In this document: piece by piece, positions 13,032 through 23,620 of the stretch
Position numbering within the stretch: position 1 is the first letter of the stretch
How the letters are laid out: each line of letters opens with the position of its first letter
Position numbers and translations under genes: made by a program
Origin: Phoronis australis
Taxonomy: Eukaryota; Animalia; Phoronida
DNA length: 64,000 bases
NCBI GenBank assembly: GCA_002633005.1
Contig: NMRA01000205.1
Coordinates: 483,273 to 547,272, forward strand
Direction: 5' to 3'
Notes under the pieces: generated by a model
Databases searched by the model: none
What the model was told of the DNA's origin: nothing
Seen by the model: only the letters and a program-made list of their open reading frames with translations

Positions 13032-13979
13032 GTGGGAAATCTCATCTGTGATCTCACAGTTAGTTTATCACCTGAAAAATTGGCGACTATTTTTCAGTGA
13101 TAGCTTGGGTTGAACTACTTTTGTTCAAAAGATGTTGACTGTATTACCAAATGTTAAGATGACTACATTCTTAATATATTCAGGATTGGCACAAACTCAT
13201 CGCTCTTCCTAAGAACCACTGATGCTCAATTTTGGACCCTGTTGTCATATCCCGATGTTGTTGGTTGTCCAGCACTGGCTGCCTACCACTGGTTGCATAG
13301 TGAAGCTGAGATCCGATGGATAAAAGCTAATTCTGTGAGTACTAGAAGTCTGAAAAATTCTGTGTTCAAGCAACTCCACAATATTTGCATGCCAAAGGCA
13401 CCATTTACTCACCATTTCAAGAGAAACCTACATTTTATTGTTGGGAATCCATAGAAAATAATGTAACAATCGGCTAGTTTACTCTACCTAGTTCTCAACC
13501 ATGACAGTGCGCACATGCTACGCATGCCAAATTTGACACCGTGGACTATTGTATTTGGTCAGGTTCTTCACCATAATAAGTTACATTCGTATTTCTAAGT
13601 TTGTACCTTTCCACATTACCATGGTACCTTATTTCTCTCATTTTCTGTGACTTTTTCTTTGACAAAAGTTAATTCAAATGCTGATCAATGATTTTAAATG
13701 CGTAACTGCTTCTTTTCATTAGATAACCTTGACTGAAATATGATAGAAGTACAGTTGTACTGTAACTAAAACAAAGTCACATGTGACCCGTGACCGGCAG
13801 CATGATGATCCCAACTTTACCCACTTTTATCATCTGAATTATGGCTGATGTTATGACAGTTAAGGTTATGAAATATGTTGTTTGATGTTCAACTGATCTA
13901 AATAAACCAATTGACATTACCGTTGATTGACCAATCAAGACCAGATGTCAGATATCTACACCAGACTCAACATGGTTTT

Positions 13980-16401
13980 TAGGGAGGACAACATACGTCA
14001 CCAAATCGCTTCGCGTATCTGTCACCGTGTAAAATTTGCACATTAAAATCGGCAAAAAATCACTCAAAAATGCAATAAATGTGAATAAAAATTACTTCAA
14101 AGTATGAAATAAGACGTTATTTTACTGAAATGTTAGTTTTTTTTCGTCGCAAAATCCGTTTAATAATACTTTGCACGAGTTTTTTGCAGCGACGTGACCG
14201 ACATTTCAAAGCAAAATGGCCGCCGGTAAAAACAACTGGTATTTGTTTTTCAACTCAGGAGAAGACTAAACTCTCGAATTTTGGCGTGAAACTTCGTGAA
14301 CTTGTAGAAGAAACCCTTGCGCACGTTATTACGTAAGTATTTTTCACTTTCGTTGACTTAAAAGTTGAAAAAGTTGCCAGTTCCCGCGACCTTCAACTTT
14401 GACCTGAATTAATTGGTACATTTCCTAATTTGCGCACATAATGAATCCTATTGCGCACTAAAGGGTTCATTAATGAACTATTTCAAACACTTGTTGCAAA
14501 CGGGCCCTTCGTCGATTTCTGACAATCGGGCGTATTTCTGACTCACTTCGTAGTTCCGGGTACTGCCGCTAGGGGTGCTCCTTCGAACCGCGGCGAATTT
14601 TTGGTTCCCAAACTAAAGCATTTCAACTTTTCCTGTTGAAAAGTTAATGTAAAAGAGACCCAAAAAGTAATTTGTCGTTGTGAGAACAATGATTCTCTCA
14701 TTTAAGGTTCTTTTTTCCTATTTTTGCCTCACATTTTTGTAGGTCAGGCCACTAAGACCTGACTTGTTGCCAGACAGGACCACCCATACTGGCCAAGACA
14801 GTTTAGCCAGCATATGTCAAGATAGAAAATGAAAACATTTTAATTTTAGAGTAAACAAATATTACAACTGTTTATTTCTACTCCAGTGCTGTGTTTTCAA
14901 CCAAAAATTTATGTTTACTACCATGAAAAACTATACATGCTATCAATATTTTTTTCTACCATGAATTTAGTTTTTACAAAACAATTCAGAGGTTCGTCTA
15001 GATTGTTATATATCTCAGCCTGGCTTATATCTTTCAGGTAACCCTTGTTGGAAATTGCTGTGGACCAAACCAGTTGTTATTTTCTTCATCATTTTTTTCT
15101 TATAATTTCATTCCTATTTGTCAGTTTACTATATACATATCATCATGTCTCGCATTTCTGTCTCATCACTCTGCCTTTAGGCATAGCTCTTGGTCCAGAT
15201 CCTTCTTCTTTCCTGCTTCTACCGATTCTACTTGCAGTCAACAAGTGAGTTTGGCTCAATACCCACTACAATGAAGATGAGGCTGTGCGCACCTTTCGGG
15301 TGATGGACGATTTTGGTGGTCAAGAGGACCTCGAAGTGCTGGAGCGGTGCTCCATATTGTGTATATTCCACTGACTTAACAGCCCCCTTCCTGGAGGATG
15401 ATACAACTCTGTGAAGTACTCCACTGACTTAGTGAAAGTGTTTGGCCCCCCTTCCTTGAGGATGCCATAAGTCTGTAAGGCACTCCACTGACTTTCGATA
15501 GTCAGTGAAAGGGTTTGGCCCCTCAAGTTGAAGAGGCCACACTGTCAATAGTCAGTGAAAAGTTTGACCTTCCTTCCTTGAGGATGCCTTGAGAACTTTA
15601 TTTATCTGTCCATCATACATACCTTTATGGGTTCATATCAAGACAACTTTGGAAATAAATATTGCAGTTGTCGTTTGCATAGCACTGACTTTCCTGCATG
15701 GCTCAAGACGAGGTCTACATTTTGTTACATTCTTGTGGAAAGTATGTTTAATTTCTATCTACTGTATGAAGCTTGTATTAAAATTTTTTTTTATCATACT
15801 TTTCATCAATACATATTTGAAATGATGTTGTTTATCTTTAATTTTTTTTAAAGTAATGCATTTTGACAAAGTTAAGTCAGTCACAAACTGCATGTCAACA
15901 AAAAAGTCACAAAATAATATCAATAATTTGCCCAACAAATTATCAGATTTCAACTTCCCTGATGAAAAATCTTGAAATGATACTAGCTTATTTTTTTTAT
16001 TTCTTGAGTAATTGTTATTCTATGCCAATTTGAAACGACAAAATTATACGTACTGACTTTTCTTCGTCGGCTTTGTTGACTCTAAGGTCAATATCTTCGC
16101 ACAGGATTGTCCAATCGGAATGTTCTTTTTTGCAAATTATTCATCATAAAATTTTCTTTGAAATGGTGTATAACATGTCTGTCTAGGTTACATAAATTTG
16201 TAACCATAATATTTCAAACTCACAAATTTGATTTGACAGAATTTTTACCAAAAAAATTGACACAAAAACACCATTTTCTCCGGAACCGTAAGTCCGATTT
16301 AAAAATTTTTTGCACCGTTCTTTTAGTTTCGTAGAGAGCTTTCTCGTGATGTATATTACATGCACATTTTCAAAAATTTTTGAAAAATGCTGTCCTCGCT
16401 A
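13980..16401. mobile_element. Non-autonomous TIR DNA transposon, 2.4 kb (Academ- or Kolobok-like; family unresolved)
   Basis: TIRs TAGGGAGGACAACAT (13980-13994) and ATGCTGTCCTCGCTA (16387-16401), 13/15 match. Relatively CpG-rich arms, a degraded minus-strand coding-like patch at ~15015-15270 (GIEPNS...RI...YKPG), and internal direct repeats CTTCCTTGAGGATGCC. Confidence 0.6.
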
Positions 16402-17008
16402 TGGCTAGATTTATGGTTTGAGACTAAACGAATATAAAGCCACATCCCCAGTTCACCCATACATAATAATGAGTACTAGAATGACAATCCCACGTTCAAA
16501 AACAGCACTGCAACAGGATGATTCAGCCTGCATCAAGCTAGGTAAATTATTACCTCGCACTTAAGACTGTCAAAATTTACATGTCATGATGAGATTTTCT
16601 ACATTATCGCCCATTACGCTAAAGCCTTCTGAGAACTCAGACAGGTTTACCAATTTAACCTGTCTATTGTATGTGCAGAAACTTAAACTAATGAAGTGAA
16701 AATGTAATTAACAGTCAGCAAGTCAAAGTCATTTAGATGTCGCTTAAAGCTGTTATTTCAGTCAACAGTTTACACATTCTCAAAAATCAAACACTGAATT
16801 GTGTTGATTTATCTTGCTGAAAAACATCAGGCAGGTTGTTTTCTCAAAATTGTTATGCATTTGGCCTGAGTTGATTACCACTGTTTATGACCAGATAAGA
16901 TCACACTTAGTATCAATGCTCCCTGACAAACCCTTAACAATAAATCAAACTTGGACTTGTGTTCTTAGAGCCCACTTGTAAGGCTTTTGACGCAAGAAGT
17001 AAATGCCG

Positions 17009-17172
17009 CTAGTAACTAGTGCTTAGTAACTAGTACTAGTAACTAGTGCTTGGTAGCAAGTACTAGTAGTACTAGTAACTGGTACAAATAACTAGTAACT
17101 AGTACCAGTAACTAGTACTAGTAACTAGTATTATTAAGTAGTACTAGTAACTAGTGCTTAGTAACTAGTACA
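17009..17172. repeat. Low-complexity array of TAGTAAC/TAGTAC/TAGTGCT units
   Basis: Directly visible repeated ACTAGTAACTAGT with 6-7-nt units. Confidence 0.9.
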
Positions 17173-17944
17173 AGCAATAAAGTTTATTTAAAGTCGTTTT
17201 TGTAACAATACAACACCAGCACAAGTGCTTTTTGGGACAATTGACTTAATAACGCTAGATAGTTGTGACATATTACTGTCTGGATTTTCACAAGACTATG
17301 GGCTGTAACTGCAAAAATGTTCGTCTGTGACACATAAAACTTAAAATTTTGAAAAAAGTTTTGATTTAGGTGTTAAGTTGTTAAGAAAATAGATAATGAA
17401 TCTTTGTTGTAACCCGTAGGCTTAATGTGGCATATTAGGAAGGAATAATACAAAAACTGAAGACAAAACATACACACACAAAGGCTTGACACAACCAGCC
17501 TGGTGAATGCACCACAACACAAGAAGAGCATAGCCAAGGCCAAATTCCATTATGCTTGGCCTTGGGGGAAGTCTGCGAAGAACCGCCTGCATGAGACCAG
17601 GTTTGGGCAGTAATAGTCACTTAAGTCTTACAGGATCCCGCATGTTGAGAACCAATTTGCTTCACTGAATATGGGACATCAAACTGGTTCTAAAAATGCG
17701 TGACTCTTGTCCATGCAAGCCATGTGCTTTTGGTAGGCGGCTATTGATATTGCCCCAGGTCTGCTACCAGGTCCGGTGATTACAATTGCAATTTTGCATG
17801 GTGATTCAGTCTCTATTCTGAAAACGATCGATGGTGTTTTCAGAAAGAGCTATTACTGTTAAAGCCATAACTAATCCAAAAAATCGACACACTACAAGTG
17901 GCATAAGTTAAAAACTGAACAAAGAAGTTAAGACTCAAACTCAC

Positions 17945-18000
17945 CGAAATGAAATCCTTTCTCCTTCCTCACGACATTCAAATTTCGCATTCGAACTGTT
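17945..18000 (-). other. Candidate first exon of the minus-strand (UBXN11-like) gene; 5' boundary approximate
   Basis: Minus-strand CG|GTGAGT donor (17944-17939) directly downstream of a promoter-motif cluster. Contains an ATG at 17990 (MRNLNVVRKEKGFHF). Sequence to its left looks A/C-skewed, as expected for minus-strand transcription (judged by eye). Confidence 0.5.
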
Positions 18001-18045
18001 TACATTGGTCACGGACTTGACGGAAGAAGCTATTGCGCATGTAAG
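18001..18045 (-). promoter_or_regulatory. Candidate promoter of the minus-strand gene
   Basis: ATTGG (CCAAT box, 18004-18008), CGGAAG (ETS-type, 18021-18026) and TGCGCATG (NRF1-like, 18034-18041) cluster in locally CpG-enriched DNA next to the candidate first exon. Confidence 0.45.
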
Positions 18046-20739
18046 TGTTTTTCTGAGATGTTCGCCAGAGGTCCCTACCTCCCAGCCTTGTCCAGCCACC
18101 CATTCCGTAACGCTAGGACCTCCGACGGTTTGTTGCTGAATGCACGCCCGATTTCAGCTAGAGTTCAGTAACGTTAGGACCTACAATAGAACTTCGCTAA
18201 AAAGAAATACTTCGCGAGATTACGTGTATTTTAAATGAAAACAAGTGATTTTGGTTAGATTTTTCTAGCCACGAGAGAGCAACTGAACTCTGCATGTGCA
18301 AGGGCCCCTCAAAAATTTTCCGGCGTCAGGGTTAAACCGTGGCAACGGACATATGCCGTGGGGCCGGGAACAATTGGGGAGAAACGAAAGAGTGCGAAAA
18401 AGGATAAGAGAGAAAATTCAAGAGAACAGTTTTAAACAACATCCTTATCTATGCATGACTTATCTTTTGAGGACCCTGGCCAGTGCATTTTTGTTGGGGT
18501 CTTCGCTTTTGCAGCACAGGTGGTATAAACTCACTTGAAAACGTTCACGTAATCATTCATGCATGTTTCGAAAAATCAAGAAAATTAGTAAAGCGAAGCT
18601 TTTGGGAAGAGTACTTCTTTAATGGATTTTTAAATTCAATAAGTCAATTTTGCGAATGCAAAACTATATTTTTTTAGAGACCCCTCTCTAGCAAGGGATA
18701 ACGATGACAACTTTCGCTTTATTTTTTCTCACGAAACTGTATACCAATTGAGAACAATTGATAACCTGACAGAAAACATCAATTGCTGCGCATTTCCTGA
18801 TTTTAAAAATATATATATTTTCATATTTAGGTGCCCTGCCCTTGAAGGCGGCAATTGGGCCATTGATGACATTCAAATGGCCACCCTGTATGTGCTTTTA
18901 TGGACAAATTTTAAGGAGCCTCTCACGGAGAGAGGATCCAACGCCGGAATCGATTACCTCCTGTTTTTGTGAAATTGTGCAACCGGCTTCCATGGTGAAG
19001 GTTACTTCCTCTACCGTTTTGTGACCACACGACAGTGCAATGAACTGTCACTCTTTTTTTCAAGTTTAATCATGTTCAGACGGGGCTCTCGCATGGTGGA
19101 GCAATTCGGGGAAATGTCCCTTTGTCCCTCTGTACATGTAAATCCGACACTGCCAAGTATTCACGAAGGAAGTTGAGATTCCAAATCCATCAAAAAAAAA
19201 CATTCGTGGGCAGCAGAGCACTATCAAGACATTCGACCCAAACAACCAAAAAATGTGAAAAATACGATAAGATTGACCGCCGAATTTTGAAGAACGTGAA
19301 GACAACTATAAGGACTGTTTCCGATGGCTAGTTATAAAATAAATCACCGTTTCCCATAGTATCACAAGTTTTAAATTAAAAGTATCTCTTTTGAAGATGG
19401 TTACTATGATTTTCTTGTAAGGAATTCCCACATGTGAAAAACACTGCTGTCTATTTGTGATGACCGTGTACATGTCGAAAGGGGTACCCAAAGAACTCTC
19501 GCAGTCATAAACAATACGTTCAGAGTTTTTTGTCTTTGGAGTTCAAATTTACTTCGTGAACCGTTATAGGTATCTCTGAAATGAACAAAAATACACCTTA
19601 ATACGAATGCCCCATCTCTCATGTTCTACCGTGTACCTGTCAAAAATCTGAGAGCATGCCTGCGGAAATTGCTTATTACACTCCGTTTTGATAAAAAAAT
19701 AGTTGATTTCTAAATTACTTGTTCATGTATCTACGAAGAGTGATAGATTCATAGATGATTTTTGACAATTAGAAGCTAATCTTATAAGAATTGATGATGT
19801 TTCAGTTAATGTAGTTACAGCCTGTATTTGGAAAAGCTCTATAATCCGATCCCCAAATAGTAAAGTACACTTAGACGATTTTTGCCTATCTAAAATAACT
19901 CTCAAAGACATTGGTGAAAAGCTTTACAAATCCTTAAATAAATAAAATTAAACTCATTGCTTGGAAAGGTTGTCTTTGTACTTCGTTGTATTTTTTAGTT
20001 TCCAGTAGTATTGAACAATGGATTTTTGTTCTTCAAACTGAAATGTTTGCTTGCCTGCTTCCCGTGCACGTTATGACTGACACACCCACGTTAAAAATAA
20101 GATGTAACCCTGCAGGAGGCCAGACCAGAAATCCAGTGATCCACGGGAACAGAACTCCAGGCGTTGAAGTGTGTACATTTTTGGGAAACACTCTGTATCA
20201 TTCTCCCCAACCAACAGAAACTGGACTACCGGTCGTGTTTCAACAAGGAATTTTAAAACCGCCCCAAAGCCACTATACCAGGGACCTCGGTACCTCCTAT
20301 TTTCAAAAAAAAAAAAAATTCAAAGAATGACCATAATGAAATAAAGTTTTCCATGAACTCGATCAGAATCATGAGCAACACGAATCTTGACCTTAGAGAC
20401 AGCCCCAACGGTCGGTACGAGCTGCCTGTCTCAAGTGAATCATAGCTGAGCTGACCAACAACTAGTTTTAGTTCATCGGAAATTTAGTATTTTAACACTG
20501 TTAGATCTCAGCTATAGCTACTTGAGGCAGCTCCTCGCAACCGGTCAGTGTACTTGTCCTAGGCCTATTCTTACTCTCCATGTTGGTTCACGGTCAACTC
20601 TTGATGGCTGCATCTCCGGGATTGTCCCCCACCTAGGGCGGACGAGGGAGATTCGGTACAAATATGGTGCTATCGGGAGCACGAAGGTNNACCCCTCCCC
20701 AATAATTTTTACCTTCCTTCGGGTGTGAACTGTTGTATC

Positions 20740-21300
20740 TTAAACGGAGGAGGCCCGACTTTGATAAGGATCGGGTGGAAGTGGTTACTCACCATAAGTG
20801 TTTGGGTCTCATGGTTTCTCCCAGGTTGGCATGGACTAAAGTGACAACAAACCTTGCTAGACAAGGTAGAAGGCTGCGTCTGCCATTAACAGATGGGGCT
20901 TCCAAGGTTGATCGATGAAGCACTGAGACTAAAATTTCCCAGTGCATCTCTCTTTTGAATTATATTACCGCCACTTGTTCAGTGTTGCTGTGAAATGTGA
21001 GGCTTAAGCAGACAATGAAAAGGTGCATTGGCGCTTTCTGTAAAAGGGTTCAGTCTTTGAGTAGGCGGGAACCGAAAGCTCTATGGCTGCAATTTTATGT
21101 GAATGTGGGAGGTACTGGTCTGTCTGTGTATTAGGTGTTATGTAACAATGATTAAATTTTGGATGTTGTCTGACAAATACTCGAAGGCGGTTTATGACAT
21201 GCTCTAGGCTATACAGGATTAAGTTTCAGTTATAAACATCTTATCGAAATAGGGTTTCCATGAAGTATGGCCACGGTAGTTTGCGAAGAAACCTTTTTGA
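20740..21300 (+). mobile_element. Degraded non-LTR retrotransposon (CR1/L2-group) ORF2 C-terminal fragment
   Basis: Collinear remnant motifs across frames: VEVVTHHKCLGLMVSPRLAW...LARQG, VH..FCK, AILCECGRY, IKFW, KYSKAVYDML, GF.EVW. These match the recalled post-RT region of CR1/L2-type LINEs. Confidence 0.65.
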
Positions 21301-22513
21301 TACAGTTTTCATAAGGGATAGGCTTGTTCTTACTCTGAACAGGACAGCGTTACTAAAATTCAACGGCGATAATACAAGTCTATTTCCATTTTGTAGAAAT
21401 AGGCCCCAAAATCAGGCTTCAGTGTAGGAAGCAGATGGGCAAATGCTAAGGGTCTACCCTCCCCCCAGAAAGGGAGCTTCTTAATATGGAATACTACATA
21501 TAAATAAAAAATTAGAAAAGAGTGACATTCAATTTCATCACCAGATGTCGCTTTAAGGGGTAGCCCATAGACATCCCAATTTATTATGTGATCTCTATGG
21601 GGTGGCCTTTGCATAAAAGTTTGTGCGGTTTGACAGGAACAGGCAAAGAGAGTCAATTTATTCCATGGTGTGCTTCTCCTCCATGAAGAAAGGAAATAAA
21701 AAACAGGAAAGGGTGCCCATGGGTGCCATCAACGCCGGGGTTACTTCCAAGCGCTAGGGTCCCTAAACAGGAAAGGGTGTGTAATTTCAAGAACAAAAAT
21801 GAGCAGCAGTTGATGCAATCAGCAAGGTCCCTCTCCGCCAGATTTCAAATTTATCTCACGTGATATACAATTTCAACAAAAAAACTAGCAGCAGATGACT
21901 CCGTGATCCCTTGCCAAAAAGGGACCCAGGAATAAAGTTTTACATTCAAGTTGACTTCTTGAATTTGAATATCTGAGTCAATTTTCTGCGGAAAATCTGC
22001 GCAGAGTAAGTTTTCTCGGACAGAGTACATTTTCAAGAGCAAAAATTAGGGTCCCTTAACGCAAATGTTGCCAGGAAACTCAAAGGGTAAATCCAGCACT
22101 GGTAGCTGACAAATTTTCTCTTCAAATGTCTCTTTTCTACACGTTTCGCTGTGCCCCTCTGTTTTCGACTGTTCCTTACTCCCGGCCGTACACCTGTGCC
22201 GGTCTCCATGGTTTCACCGTGAAACCTGCAAATGATTGGGGGGGGGGGGGGGNGGGGGGCACGTTCTTCAATTCCGGCCCCCTGCTTCCTACGACTAAGA
22301 GAATATACCGTAGTCATGAATAGGCTGTGCGTGTGCCAGTTTTAGTTCCAGATCCTCGCATCAATTCAAATAGAATTATGAAACTTGAAATAGTGGTAAA
22401 TATTTCACACACGATTTTTCAAACTTAATTCAAACATGTTAGTATGAATGATATTCATTTTCAATATTCGTTTTCAAATTGGAATTTTGAAACCTGGGTA
22501 TTTGTTTTCTTAA

Positions 22514-22671
22514 AGTGGCACTAAATCCGCTTTCCATCTCAAACACGTCAGTACCATTCAGATTGTTCATTAGTCAAATTAGAAGCGATTTCAGGTCTTC
22601 GAAAGAGCTAACAGTTAGTTATAATTGATGGAGATCAGGCTCTACTAATTTGCTTGTCACGGCGTGTCTCT
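22514..22671. mobile_element. Kolobok-like MITE
   Basis: TTAA|AGTGGCAC...GTGTCTCT|TTAA, i.e. a TTAA duplication with short AG...CT TIRs (6/8 match). Confidence 0.4.
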
Positions 22672-23148
22672 TTAAGCGCCGAACATTGTCTTAAAATAAC
22701 GAACGGAATGTGCTACGTCTATGTCTTGCCATACCAAGTGCTTCGCCGAATGAAAGAAAAGTCGACAAAGTGGCGAGCAGTTGACAAACCGTTTTTTTTT
22801 TGAAATTAGAAACTAAAGGAAATTATTTGATATCGACAGAAATTCAAAAAGTGTACGGACAAATCTTAAAAATACCCGGTGAACAATTGGATTTCTGTTT
22901 CAGAGACAGAGAACCATTTTGAATAGTAAAATTGTGTCTGTTTTTCACCTTCTGTTCCATTTCAAACAGCAAATGGGATACATCTTCCGTTTGGCGAACC
23001 TAGAATTCAAGTTTCCGTATGGTATTTCAAAAAACTGGGTTCCTTGTGATTTCTGCTCAAGCGTTTCGCATTTCGATCAAGCTAATTTACATGAAGGTGC
23101 ACGTGCCTGTATACTGTACGCGTACACAGTACCTGAGCTTAACTGGTT

Positions 23149-23398
23149 CGGTATTTTTTCAACTTATTTAGCACACAACATGGCCGACAAAGGATATTAT
23201 TCCATTTTGTCAAATTCCTCCGCAAAAATAAAGATTAAGAAATTTTAGTTCGTTACCAGAATGGTTTCTACTGTGAAGATGCCAAAGAACAACTTTTGTT
23301 AAAATTTGCATTATTTACAGTAAAGTAATTAGCATTTGCAAACGAACAAATGACAATTTTGGCAATTATTTTTGTGCGAAATGTGTCAAGAATTGCCA
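23149..23398. mobile_element. ~250-bp Tc1/mariner-type MITE, opposite orientation to the 31550 and 50224 copies
   Basis: Reverse complement aligns end to end with 50224-50474 (ACTTATTTAGCACACAA...ATTTTGTCAAATTCCTCC...TGACAATTTTGGCAATT). Confidence 0.7.
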
Positions 23399-23494
23399 TT
23401 TTTTCTTCCTAGAACAAGGTGTTGTTATAGGGAAAACGCGACTTTCGGTGAAGTGAGTAGTTTCGGGAAATCATCAGATTTTGACCTCAGGAAC

Positions 23495-23572
23495 AAAGTC
23501 CGCCAATAGATGACTCTGCGCTATGTCACAGGTAGATAAATCCTGACGGCTTCAGTTGTTACCACCATCTTG
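23495..23572 (+). promoter_or_regulatory. Candidate core promoter of the CELF gene
   Basis: CCAAT (23503-23507), TGACTC (23511-23516), initiator-like TCAGTT (23552-23557) and YY1-like CCATCTT just downstream. A strong donor and CpG-enriched DNA follow. Confidence 0.45.
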
Positions 23573-23620
23573 TTGTATGTGTGTAGTGTCTTCTGTCTGT
23601 CCCCGTTTATCGTTATATAG
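23554..23620 (+). other. Candidate first exon of the CELF1/2 gene, possibly coding from ATG 23577 (MCVVSSVCPRLSLY-R)
   Basis: Consensus donor TAG|GTAAGT at 23621. ATG 23577 to the donor is 44 nt (phase 2) and joins in frame to the 60762 exon (AG|G TCT TCT AGC ATG). Sequence downstream looks T/G-skewed by eye. Confidence 0.5.

Noticed and set aside
19070-19330. hAT dimerisation-domain remnant (DGALAWW)
   Set aside because: Single short motif with no downstream PATS/ERxFS-type support.
22239-22259. G-runs and C-runs containing N (also ~12201-12213, ~36082-36097) as G-quadruplex elements
   Set aside because: Homopolymers at sequencing or contig breaks, so their true length is unknown.
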